A stretch of DNA of 64,000 bases. Source: Octopus vulgaris (taxonomy: Eukaryota). The DNA is taken from NCBI GenBank assembly GCA_951406725.2, contig OX597820.1:113336001-113400000 (forward strand). Direction: 5' to 3'. The position numbers were made by a program, and so were the translations under genes. The notes under the pieces were generated by a model that saw only the letters and a list, made by a program, of their open reading frames with translations, did no database searches and was not told the origin of the DNA. Shown here piece by piece: positions 45,584 through 58,065 of this stretch; position 1 is the first letter of the stretch, and every line of letters starts with the position of its first letter.

Positions 45584-46355
45584 TTATTATCATCATTGCC
45601 TTTGCACAGCTTCTAACGCTGGAGATGTACTACGGTTTCAGCTGTTCACTACAATTGAACTAAGGTAACACCTCTTATTTTTCGAGCATCTTCCGCAGTA
45701 TTCGAGCGGTTCCAAGCAGTGCTATTTTCTGCAATGTATTACTCAACATTTTTACTCACTGTTCCCAGAGCTCCGACAATTATTGGTACTACCACTACCT
45801 TTTTCATCGACCACAACTACTTAACCTCACCAAATTCCGCCAAAATCGACTTTGCCTATCATTCTTTCGGGTCGATAAATTAAGTACCAGTGAATCACTG
45901 GGATCGATGTAATCGACTAATCTCCTCCCGCCAAATTTCGGGTCTAGTGCCTTTAGTAGGAAGGATTATTATTATCAAAGCTGTGAGCTTGTAAAATCGT
46001 TAGCATTCCGGACAAAATGCTTAGCGGCATTTCTTACGTCTTTAGGTTCTGAATTTAAATGCAACCGAAGTCGACTTAGCCTTTCATCATTTCGAAGTCG
46101 ATAAAATAAGTACCAGTTGAGTACTGGGGTCGAGAAAATTGACTTATCCCTCTAAAATTTCAGGTCTTATGCCTATAGTAGAAAGAATTCTTCTTATCAT
46201 ATCAACGAGTTGGCAAAATCGGTATTATGCTGGAGAAAATGCTTTCGGAGTCGATAAAATAAGTACCAGTTAAATACTGGGCTCGTTGTAACCGGATAGC
46301 GCCCCCCCCCCCAAAAAAAAAATTTCAGATCTTGCGCTTATAATAGAAGGAATTA
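45420..46355 (+). mobile_element. Tandem cluster of truncated SINE family B copies separated by (ATT)n
   Basis: Repeated GTCGATAAA(A)TAAGTACCAG...AGTAGAAAGGATTATT units at ~45420, 45840, 45980 and 46205. Confidence 0.7.
45590..45830 (-). mobile_element. 3' fragment of an RLE-type (R4/Dong-like) non-LTR retrotransposon
   Basis: LWSMKKVVVVPIIVGALGTV and LQKIALLGTARILRKMLEK*; 3' end abuts (AAT/AAC)n. Confidence 0.7.
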
Positions 46356-47914
46356 TTTTATCATCATCATTATAATAGATAGAATTATTATTTTTACTAT
46401 CATCGCCATCTTTACTATCATCGCCATCTTCTGTTATTATGACCATAATCAATATTAGTAGAAGTCACAACAATACCAACAGTAACCGCCGCCACCGCAG
46501 CAGCAGCAGTAGCAACAGCAGCAGCAGTAGTAGTAGTAGTAGTTTGTCTTTTAATGAATGACATGTTTGCCTAACGATATCACAGAGCGTGACGGTAACA
46601 AATGACGCGAAATAAAAGACTTTAGATGGCTATTTTCATTTCCATAGAGGATTAAAAGACAGGAAAGAAATAAAAAAATAAAGCCCTTTCCATTAAGAAC
46701 ACTGTTTTCACTCAGTCTCTTTCTCTTTCTCTCTTTCTTTTTTTTTCTCTTTCTCTTTCTCTCTCCCTCTCTCCTTTTTGTTCCAACTACTCCCACCAGC
46801 ACTTTCCGACGTATCTTATTTCAAGAGTTCTTCCTATTATTTATTTAGCATGCAATGCCGATGGCGAAACGGTAATGAATCATACGGCCATCGCCAGCTC
46901 GATACCAATGCTAAATGTATTCTTCTATATAATACATTTTTTACAGAAAACTTGAAAATTGATATATATCTTCTGTAGAAATATTCGCTTCCTGCTTTAC
47001 TTTTTTTCCGTTACCTTTTTGATATCGGATATTATTTTAATAAATATTTTGTTTAAATTTCGTTTTAAATTGTTTAAACGTTTCATTTCTTCAAATAAAA
47101 ATGAAAAACCCCGCATAATTGATTTCCCACGTTAGCAATTTACTCAAAAGACCTCAAACAAACATGTGACAGCTACAGAGGATCGCCTTCTTTGCGTGAC
47201 TAGTGCTTATTTTAATTGGATCGTCTTCATTGCATGATTAGTGCTTATTTTAGCCAACCATCCGCCCATCATTTAACCATAATCAGTTCTCAACAGGGAG
47301 GTGCAAGCAAGCAAACGGTTGCCCATCATCTGCCCATCGTCTGCTTAAAATATAGACACGTCCTTTTAATCACAGGCTACTCGTTAGTTTTTAAATTTTC
47401 TGTTATTTAACTAACATCCTACTGATTGCCCAATGATCACCGACACTTAGTTTTAACATCTTCGAACTCTTCAATGCAATTTGACCAAAATTGGTTGCTG
47501 CCGCACTTTTGCTGTTTCTTTGCGAGTAAGTATGCGTTGCTCATTCATTTTTAATCATTCTCAAAATATTCTTAAACAAACTACAGTTAAGAATTGAACA
47601 ACTGTGTAATTCATGTACTTAAACCTTGCCGCAATCACACATTTTATATTAAAACGTTTGTACAGATTTATATACTTATTAATATTTTTTCTAAAAGTGT
47701 CGATGCTACTTGCAACCTCTTAAATAGTCATTGACTCTTGAAGAGGTTGCAAGTAGCAACGAAAATTTTAGAATAAATAAATAAATAAGTGGAAATCGAA
47801 CTGGCGACTGTATAAATTAATAAGGCATTAAAATAGAATGACTCTCCCCAGACACAATAAACTATGCTTCAACACACGAATTCACATAAAGAATCTTGCA
47901 AATCCAATACAAAA

Positions 47915-47965
<51 letters not shown>

Positions 47966-48344
47966 CCGTCATTTAAGCTTGCTTCCCTGCCACATGATTC
48001 CGGGTTCCCTCCCATCGCATGGAAGCATGAGCAAGGATCTTTTTCTTTAGGCTCGCGCCGACGAAAGCCTTCTAAGTGGGTTTGGTAGGCAAAAACTGAA
48101 ACAAGCCCGTCGTGTGTGTGTTTGTATGTGTGTGTGTGCGCGCGCGCGTTCGTACGTGCGGGCATGCGTGTATGTGAGAGAGAGTGTGTTTGTGTGCGTG
48201 TGTGTGTGTTTGTCAGTGTTATTATGTCTGTGTTTGTCCACCACCACCGCTTGACTAATAATTCTTCAAGGCTATGCCCCAGCATGGCCGCAGTCGAATG
48301 ATTGAAACAAGCAAATATATATGTATGTGTATGTGAGTGTGTGT

Positions 48345-48850
48345 ATAAGAAAAATAAGAAAACAGATAAATCAATTAATAATTATTTATTAATTAAAATA
48401 ATAGACATAATCTCTGACAGCTGTTTCAATTCAAACTTTAGAAATTATAATAAATAAAACGTTACTAAGTTGAATCTCATCGGAGGTAGAAAAAATATAT
48501 ACCATTACATTTTTGTATTTTTATGTGGCAAGTGTACGGAGCGTAGCCACTAACTGAGTATTGTTTTATAGAAAGAACATGGTATAAACCTTATGAAGGG
48601 GAGAAAGGTAGCATGTTTAGAGAAGATAGTGTAAAAAATATTTAAAATTTTTCTATACTATCTTCTCTAAACATACTACCATTCCCCCTTTATAATGTTT
48701 ATACTATGTTCTTTCTATGAAACAATACTCAGTTAGTGGCTACGCTCAGTACACTTACCACATAAAAATACAAAAATGTAATGGTATATCTTTTTTCTAC
48801 CTCCGATGAGATTCAACTCTGTTTTCTTATTTTTCTTCAATAAATATACA
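48345..48850. mobile_element. Penelope-like pLTR foldback with hammerhead (minus strand 48411-48487)
   Basis: Arms ~48469-48641/48644-48818; minus strand CTC-CGATGA-G-ATTCAA..TTGAAT-TGAAAC-AGCT-GTC-AGAG. Confidence 0.62.
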
Positions 48851-49026
48851 TCTCGGTTTATCTAATTACCTTATTTTTGAATATGAAATATAGTATCCAA
48901 AATAAATCATAGATAACAAATACAATATTTGAAATAAATAATAAATAATAATGTTATCCCTTAATGCGGTGTTTAAACTTTAACTGAAATTATATATGTA
49001 TATATATATATGTATGTATATATATG

Positions 49027-49099
<73 letters not shown>

Positions 49100-49247
49100 G
49101 TATATATATATATGTATATATATATGTATATATGTATATATATATGTATATATATATGTATATATATATATGTATATATATATGTATATATATATATGTA
49201 TATATATATGTATATATATATGTGTATATATATATATATATATATGC

Positions 49248-49308
<61 letters not shown>

Positions 49309-49626
49309 TATATATATACATATATACATATACATATGAATTAAGAAATCAATTCAAACGATGTTATCAAATCATTTATACTTCCAACATATGTTTTGAA
49401 GATAGCATTGAGATTATTCCAGAGGGAATAAAAATGATGTAAAACAGTGCAATTATCTCGTCAGGGAAGAAAGAAACAAAACACATCAATAAACCATTTT
49501 AACCGAAAGTGATCACCGCGTATGTGATGAAGGGGAACGCTAGCAAGTTATTAAAAAAACCGCCATTGGATTTATTGTCAAAGGTAATTTAGAGAATGAG
49601 AAGGAGAAAGAAAGAAATTAACTGAA

Positions 49627-50022
49627 AGGAGTGGCTGTGTGGTAAGTAGCTTGTTTACCAACCACATGCTTCCGGGTTCAGTCCCACTGCGTGGCATCTT
49701 GGGCAAGTGTCTTCTACTATAGCCTCGGGCCGACCAAAGCTTTGTGAGTGGATTTGGTAGACGGAAACTGAAAGAAGCCCGTCGTATATATGTATATATA
49801 TATGCGTGTGTGTGTTTGTCCCCCTAGCATTGCTTGACAACCGATGCTGGTGTGTTTATGTCCCCGTTACTTAGCGGTTCGGCAAAAGAGACCGATAGAA
49901 TAAGTACTGGGCTTACAAAAGAATAAGTCCCGGGGTCGAGTTGCTCGAATGAATGCGGTGCTCCAGCATGGCCGCAGTCAAATGACTGAAACAAGTAAAA
50001 GAGTAAAAGAGTAAAAAGAGTA
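49627..50022 (+). mobile_element. SINE family A inserted in the left arm of the Penelope-like element
   Basis: Near-consensus copy, absent from the right arm. Confidence 0.9.
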
Positions 50023-50379
50023 GAAAGATATAGTGTGATAGATGAATGAGAATAAAGTTTAAAAGCGTGGAAATAGATATATGTAGCGGAAATGAAATGT
50101 AAGAAGACAGTTAAAGGTCGAATTTTATAGATTGCTTGAAATTACTTATAGGAACTAAAAGTATGTTTTTGCCAATGTTTACAACGATAAACGCGTTCTT
50201 TAAACGTGTTTACAACAGTATTCTCCAAGAAAAGGTTGATAAATTTCTCTTCGTTACAGAGCGGGCACAAATGATTTACCTTTTTCATATGGGAAAGATC
50301 TAGATAGAACTTTCCATTCCAAGACGAATTGTTTATAATGTTCCTTTAGAGACCAAATTAATTTACTAAACCCTGTATT

Positions 50380-51450
50380 GTTGCGTTTATTGATATGTCT
50401 AAATTAGAGTAATGGTTGGATATTCTTTTCGACAACTGAGACGATGAGCTACCTATATAAAAAAGACATCAGAACCGGAAGTAATTTTACATTGATAAAC
50501 AGAGTTTCTAGTCTTAGAATTACTGCTAAGGAAACGAATAGAATTCGAATTTATTTCAGAAATATTAATATTGTGGTTATTATTGTTCAAAGAATGGTTA
50601 GCGTTAATAGTGTCACTGTTATTATTTTCATTAAGTGGATTTGTATTTAACAACTTGTTATGCGAAGAAATGATTTGTGAAAGGTTTTTGGTGTTTAAAA
50701 AACCTATCCTAATTCGGTGTGAATTGATAACGGAAAGGTATCTGGAATCTTTTCAAAACTTCGTATCTATAGTTTCACGAAACTAGTGAGGTTGGATTTG
50801 ATCTGATTTTCATATGGAATGATCAGCCAAACTGTTTTACTAGGACACACATTGTTATTAGGGTAATTATCTTTAAAAGTCCTATACTTATCTTTATTAC
50901 ATATCAAAGGATATAAAGAACGGTTATCTCCCTTACACTGCAAATTTGCATTTTTCGATTTAGTGTTGTTATTCGAAATAAAATTTATATTGTTATTTCC
51001 GTTATGATGTGTTTTCACATAGAGGCAGAATTAATGTCAATAGGGTTAATATAGGTAATTGTTTTCTTTATGGCCTGCTTTAAGTAAGGCAGAGTTACAA
51101 AATTCGGCTTTATGGTTGAAGGTAACAACATTAGCAGATAATCTATCAATAGAAAGTCTAAATGAAATATTTCTAACTAAGTTCCTAGTAATAGCCTTCG
51201 GATGATTACTGAAAGAGCTAATATATTTTAAATTAGTTGAGAGTTTATGGTATGGGAAATATGAATCATTATATAAGTTAAGGGTAATATCCAAAAAGTT
51301 AGTTAAATCATCATCGAAAATAATGTTTAAGCCCATGTTTCGGAAAAATTTAACCAACCTATTTTTAACACTTTGTAATTATTGGTTAGAAACATTTTGA
51401 AGGTAGAGTAGACAATTATCACGATATAAATCTCCATTGATGTTTGGGAA
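50380..51450 (-). pseudogene. Disrupted Penelope RT/GIY-YIG ORF
   Basis: ORF pieces 51046-51357, 50767-51018 and 50453-50653, plus a YRDN motif at ~51415-51430. Confidence 0.75.
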
Positions 51451-52362
51451 TTGGCTGATTTGGTCGGTATATATATCCTGAGTTATCGAAAAGAATATCA
51501 AACCATTACTCTACATTTAGACATGTCAATAAACGCAACAATACAGAGTTTAGTAAATTAATTTGGTCTCTAAAGGATCATTATAAACAATTCGACTTGG
51601 AATGGAAAGTTCTATCTAGATCTTTCCCATATGAAAAAGGTAAATCATTTTGCCCGCTCTGTAACAAAGAGCAATTTCTCATCCTTTTCTTGGAGAATAC
51701 TGTTGTAAACACGTTTAAAGAACGCGTTTATTGTTGTAAACATTGGCAAAAACCATACTTTTAGTTCCTATAAGTAATTTCTACCAATCTATAAAATTCA
51801 ACCTTTGACTATCTTCTTACATTTCATTTCCGCAACATATATCTATTTCCACGCTTTTAAACTTTATTCTCATTCATCTATCACACTATATCTTTCTACT
51901 CATAATTTTCTGTTAATTTCTTTCTTTCTCCTTCTCATTCTCTAAATTACCTTTGACAATAAATCCAATGGCGGTTTTTTTAATAACTTGCTAGCGTTCC
52001 CCTTCATCATATACGCGGTGATCACTTTCGGTTAAAATGGTTTATTGATGTGTTTTGTTTCTTTCTTCCCTGACGAGATAATTGCATTGTTTTACATCAT
52101 TTTTATTCCCTCTGGAATAATCTCAATGCTATCTTCAAAACATATGTTGGAATTATAAATGATTTGAATAACACCTGCGTTTGACTCCATTTCTTAATTT
52201 ACTCATGTTATACACAAACAGTTCACTTAACTCTGGAATTCCTACCTTTGTAAGTAGGCTGAAATATCCTTGGCACCTATGTGAAGTTTTACTGCCCTGG
52301 TATCTATTTATTTTTTCCATATTTGTTCACGTTGAAAAAATACACATATATTTACACGTACT

Positions 52363-52420
<58 letters not shown>

Positions 52421-52482
52421 TTACGGAGATGTACTCGCATAGCAAGTAATTTTATCTGAGATCGTGTGCTGAAACGAAAACA

Positions 52483-52747
52483 ATTGCAGCGTGGAAGGTG
52501 TTTATAAGCCATTTAAGAAACACACAAAAGCCGTTCGATTCACTTCAACATTTAAGTTTAATTTGTCAAAATATTTTCGTCGCTAAAATCCGCGACCTGT
52601 TCACTGACAAAGTCCACGGACTTTGTCAGTGAACAGGTCGCGGATTTTAGCGACGAAAATATTTTGACAAATTAAACTTAAATGTTGAAGTGAATCGAAC
52701 GGCTTTTGTGTGTTTCTTAAATGGCTTATAAACACCTTCCACGCTGC

Positions 52748-52750
<3 letters not shown>
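52483..52750. repeat. Perfect 133-bp inverted repeat with a 2-nt loop and a variant hammerhead-like core
   Basis: 52483-52615 is the reverse complement of 52618-52750; (TA)n flanks. Confidence 0.9.
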
Positions 52751-52778
<28 letters not shown>

Positions 52779-52936
52779 GTATATGTATATGTATATATAT
52801 AGTTAATTGCTAACATTTATTCCATTGACTAGTACGATAGAATAACTTTGGCCCATCCAATTATTTCCTTCTGATATTCTTCATAAATTTTAATTGTATT
52901 AGTCGGGATAGTGATATAAATTCATGTTAACAGTTT

Positions 52937-52999
<63 letters not shown>

Positions 53000-55037
53000 T
53001 GAAAATCATGGTCCCAAAGAATCTGGCCAAATATCAGAAATTAAGTTCTACAGATTGATGTAGATATTAAAGGCATAAACCAATGTCGTTTGTCTTGTCC
53101 TCTTTTCTTTTTAATATTTTGCTAAGCTTTATTTTCAAATCTTCAAGCTGGCTGCTACATATTGTCTATCTCGATCGCAAATTTACATTAGTTTAATTTT
53201 GTTCTGAAATAGTTTTTTCTTACAATAATGTATCTATTCATTCTCCAAATGTTCAAGCACATTCGAACGTGAATGCCTAATTGCTCTTGGTTTTCATCGC
53301 CAAAGCACACCTCTTCTTTTTAGACAATGTATGTTCACATGTACCGTCTAAATACACACGATTCACCGGTGTTTCGACCTTGTTTTGTGTCACCTTAGTC
53401 AATGCTATCCTGCCAGACTAATTTATCTAACAATCGCTTGTTAACAGAAATTAACAAAATTTGATAATGCATGCTAATATCTACAAAACAGATAAACTAT
53501 GGGTGCACACAGCACCGCTAGAATCCAGACAATAACATATCTATTTATTATTAATACCTTCGGGCAAAATCGACCACACAATATCGTTGTTTCTGTTCGT
53601 CAACGGAGGACACCTACTCCCTTTAGATGTTGTGTGCTCGTAACAAATGATTCATTGGTATATATTTCATAAATGATTATCTTCTTCTAAATATGACGTA
53701 TTGCACGGTTCTCTTGTTTGGGTTGCTCTTTTTTGCCTTCTATTTAACAGCGAATTTTGATGATCTGGTTGTTTGAATGTCGTTTAGCTATTCTACGTTT
53801 AACCTGATCGAACAGATCTGTGATTTAAAGAATTCTGACCATACCTATCACGTCTTTGTACAGATATTATCTAAGATTAATATTATTTAAAGTTTTTTTC
53901 TTTCATTTTAAAATGGCGCGATACTTTTAACAGTATTTTTGCTTTGATCATTGATGCGTGAGTACGTTGTGATGGTGATGAGAAGATGATCAGGATAAAG
54001 TAAGAGATTATTCGCCTTGGGGCTACGTGTATAGAAGAGAAGGTGAGACTTGACGAAGGATATATATTGCTGTCGTATATGTGTATGAGTTGATATAGAT
54101 TTTTTGATGTAAAGGAGTGCTTCTATTGTGTCATCCCATGCGTTAAGTATATTGTTTGCGAATTAGTTTTATTGCTAGCAAGGAAGTAGCATCTATTGAT
54201 GTTGAATCTGTGCGATATGCAATCTGGCGAGCCAGGCTGTAATGTCGGTGGTATGTGTGTGTGTGTGTGAGAGAGAGAGAGACAGATAGTGTCTGTATGT
54301 GTCTTCCCGCGTGTGTGTGTGAGTGTGTATATAATACTTTGCTAAAAGATTTCGTGTTATTGAATTTTATGTATTTAGTAGCTGCATTTCAAGTGTGTTC
54401 TGGTGCTCTATTAGCTCAAAGAGTATTGTCTGTGATAGGTATGAGCTAGAAGAATGGTTTTATGTATGTATTACAAAGCATGGTCATGCTGTTTGTCTAA
54501 CTTTGTATGAGTGTTCTGCCTGTGTTGTAGCTGGTAGACTTAACGTGTCTCCTAATTTTACAGGAACACATCACGCTTCATCGATTATGTGTCAGTATTT
54601 TGAAGTATCAAATATTTTAGAAGTATCAAATATTGTTTCATATAGAGATGTCGCTCTTGGCGGTCATTGTCGTTATCGTCACTTACAGCAATTTTTTTTT
54701 AGCTGAACATATGGTGGACTTTTCCAAACATTGAGGCTGTGAACATTTCGCCTACAGAATCCATACATTCTGAAGCGATATCCATTGAGTTGCAAATTCT
54801 AGCAAATCTAGTGGTCGCTTAGAGACATCTTTGTTGCCTTACTTGCGCTGTGATAGCTACCTGTCTGTCTGTCTTCCTGTCTACATGTGTATCTATCTGT
54901 CTATATGCATATTAAGGTTTGATAACTACCATGTACGAATCTTTCAGCCTTTGACGCACTTTGTAACTTCTGCAGATTAAAAATATTAAATGACTATCTA
55001 TCTGTTTCTTAGTGTGTCTGTCTAGCTGGCAGTCTAA

Positions 55038-55081
<44 letters not shown>

Positions 55082-55749
55082 ATGTGTGTAGTGTATATAT
55101 ATATATATATATGTATATATTCCCTCACTCTCCTTCTCCCCTCTCTCTCCCCCTCTCTCCTACTTCCTCCCACCCAACTCTTCTCTCTTGCCCCGACTCC
55201 TACTTCTCTTCACCCCTACTCTCTTTCCCTCTTCTCTCTTACTCTCTTTCTCTCTTCTCTCTTACTCTCTTTCTTTCTTCCCTCCTCCTCTCTCTCCTCA
55301 CATACCCACCTTCCCCTCCCCCATAAGCCCACCCACCCCTAAGCATTCCTACTCCACCTTCCCTATCCTTCCCATACCCCCATCCTATCCCACACACCCT
55401 CTCCCACATACCCCGCCTCTGCCCCACCCTCTGCCTACCCATAAACCCCAACTCTACCCCAACCCTCAGCCGAACCCACACCCCACCGGTGCTTTCCTCA
55501 CTCTCGCTTCCCTCACCTCCCAACAACATCACACCACACCACACTACACCATACAACATTACACATCACATCACTACACACCACCCACACACCCATCCCC
55601 ACATTTTCACACCTACACATACATACACGCACATATCCAGACCACCAGCCCTCTTTCGCACGCACATACATACTCTCTTATACACACACGCACCTTCGTG
55701 TTATGGGTCATCTTTACTTTGTTATCTCCCCTACTTCTTCCCTCTCGTG

Positions 55750-55972
55750 AGTGACCCTTCTGTCTGGCAGTCGCCATGATAGATTGTTAGCCACTACACA
55801 CATTATTTTCTCTCCTTATTTCTCTCCTTGTTATTTTCTGTGTCCCTTTCTGTAGAAGGGCGTAGGCTCGAAACGTAAAAGACTTTTTCTATTCCTGAAC
55901 GTTATACTAATACATCTGTTTGTTTTATACACCACCTGTCTTCGTCTTTTGTTTTTTTCGTAAACTCTCCCT
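55750..55972. mobile_element. Repeat with hammerhead-like motif (related pieces at ~31915-32075 and ~41700-41850 in the opposite orientation)
   Basis: TAGAAG(G/A)GCGTAGGCTCGAAACGTAAAAGA plus the shared TATACTAATACATCTGTTTG...AAACTCTCCC end abutting (TA)n. Confidence 0.5.
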
Positions 55973-55992
55973 ATATATATATATATATATAT

Positions 55993-56878
55993 AATTAATG
56001 TAGGATAAAATTTTTTCGGGAAAAAATTTCATCAATGGCCAGCATATCAAAAAATACCTTTAAAGGTTAAATTTATAAATAAGTTACAATATAAGGGCAA
56101 AAGAAAAATTCTAATGCCAAATATGCCGAAAAAAATACAAAATTGTCAATTAACCATTATAATTTATGCGTCTCGAAACGAAACGATGGAAATTTCTAAA
56201 AAATTCGTTATTACCGCATTGGACTAATTTCGGAGTTAATTCATAAGAATTTTCTCCTCTTCAGCGGCAAATACGCGAGATATAAGTGAAATACTTACTC
56301 ATACCCATGGAAAAAGCAAACACCAAGTCCTGAGCAGGCCTAAGTACCCCAAATATATCCAAAATAGAAAATCTTCGGCACATCTCGAGACACATGTGAT
56401 TCGAACTAGAAACTTTCACAGAGTGATAGAATACGGAAATTGTCAATTAACCATTATAATTTATGCGTCTCGAAACGAAACGATAGAAATTTCTAATCCT
56501 ACATTAATTATGAATTGAATAGTGTTCACTTCCGGATTCTATCACTGTGAAAGTTTCTAGTTCGAATCACACGTCTCGAGACGTGGCGAAGATTTTCTAT
56601 TTTGGATATATTGGGGTACTTAGGTCTGCTCAGGACTTGGTGTTTGCTTTTTTCCATGGGTATGAGTAAGTATTTCACTTATATCTCGCGTATTTGCCGC
56701 TGAAGAGGAGAAAATTCTTATGAATTAACTCCGAAATTGGTCCAATGCGGTAATAACGAATTTTTTAGAAATGTCTATCGTTTCGTTTCGAGACGCATAA
56801 ATTATAATGGTTAATTGACAATTTTGTATTTTTTTCGGCATATTTGGCATTAGAATTTTTCTTTTGCCCTTATATTGT

Positions 56879-56881
<3 letters not shown>
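55993..56881. mobile_element. ~350-bp-arm foldback with hammerhead-like core and internal duplication
   Basis: Arms ~56085-56438/56533-56881; CCGC-TGAAGA-GGAG..CTCC-GAAA at 56697-56752; 56438-56495 duplicates 56140-56198. Confidence 0.65.
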
Positions 56882-56911
<30 letters not shown>

Positions 56912-56918
<7 letters not shown>

Positions 56919-57190
56919 AATATGTTACTTTACTCGGTAGTCAAGATAAAACTCTGAGTTTCAGATGCCGAAGTGGAAATCCACAACACCATCTCTTCGG
57001 TTATCTGGCTATTTGAAAACGCTATGAAAAAATACCGTTAAATAAAGAGATGGTGTTGTGGATTTCCACTTCGGCATCTGAAACTCAGAGTTTTATCTTG
57101 ACTACCGAGTAAAGTAACATATTATTGTATAAATAAATTTCCTCTATTTACATAATATTGAGGTCTCTTTCTTTTGTTATCTTACCGTTT
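56912..57190. mobile_element. Foldback with hammerhead (minus strand 56944-57006)
   Basis: Arms ~56912-56996/57046-57130; minus strand AGATAA-CCGAAGA-GATG..CATC-TGAAAC-TCAGA-GTT-TTATCT. Confidence 0.62.
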
Positions 57191-57192
57191 TA

Positions 57193-57234
<42 letters not shown>

Positions 57235-57237
<3 letters not shown>

Positions 57238-58065
57238 CGACCTTGCTACTCATGTGCTCTCTCAACGAGATACCAAGCATTGACCTTTCCATGGCTCTTT
57301 GAGCCGTTACCAGTCTCTGCTCTTCTCTCTTTGTGGTAGCACATGTTTCACTACCATATAACATTGCAGGTAGAACTGTGCTGTTGATGAGGTTGGCACG
57401 GGTGGTCCTTTCCAACCTTCCCTTGAGCACATCCCTTATGCCATTAAACGCCTTCCATCTGGCCCTTACTCTCCGTGAGATCTCCTTTTCGATATCTCGG
57501 CACATATTCACTTCCTGTCCCAGGTAGACACATTCCTTTACCTCCTCTATTTCATCACTGCCGATCACCATTCGACCTGTTTGTACGTTGTCTGACCGCA
57601 TGAACTGCGTTTTCATGCGGTTTATCTTGAGACCTACTGCAGAGCTTTTGATGTCGAGCTCCGTCAGCATGGTCTGAAGCTGATCCGTGGTTTCAGCGAA
57701 ACGGAGGTGGGTGAGGAGCTCGCCATTGATGTTGACACCGCCTTGCCAGTCGATGCCTCTGATGATCTGCTCCAGGTCATCAGAAAGAAGTCCGGCGTGA
57801 GGGATGTCATCGCAGAGTATACACGCAGCAAGTTTAGATGGGCTGGACACATCGCCCGATAATCGGTGGACCCGCGCAGTTGTTGAGTGGTACCCGCGCG
57901 AGCGGAAACGACCACTCGGAAGGCCTCCACGACGGTGGAGTTACGATTTCAGGAGGACGATTGGGATCACATGGATGAGAAAGGCGCGATCTAGAGAGGA
58001 GTGGACAGCGTGCTGTGACCAGCGGTGTCAAATGGACGCCCGACGGACTGGTCGGTCAAGGTGAT
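57235..58065. mobile_element. RTE-clade LINE, 5'-truncated and 5'-inverted
   Basis: 57235-57778 encodes RT on the minus strand (GVNINGELLTHLRFA, GLKINRMKTQFM). 57779-58065 continues on the plus strand to the 3' tail. Highly similar to 40158-40830. Confidence 0.9.

Larger units (their letters stand above)
49339..52199 (-). mobile_element. 5'-truncated Penelope-like retroelement with inverted pLTR
   Basis: Inverted arms 49339-50441 (SINE-interrupted) and 51478-52199. Internal minus-strand RT (GDLYRDNCL, FLDITL, YFPYHK, SNHPK) and GIY-YIG (VYQCKI...KRISNH) remnants. HHR-like CTGACGA motif at ~52066-52152. Confidence 0.8.

Noticed and set aside
46550-47560. Non-repetitive stretch with a GTAAGT donor-like site (~47526)
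   Set aside because: Could be regulatory or a non-coding exon, but nothing in the sequence alone supports a call.
55120-55760. Pro/His-rich 188-aa ORF
   Set aside because: Low-complexity C/T- and CA-rich DNA adjacent to a repeat end.
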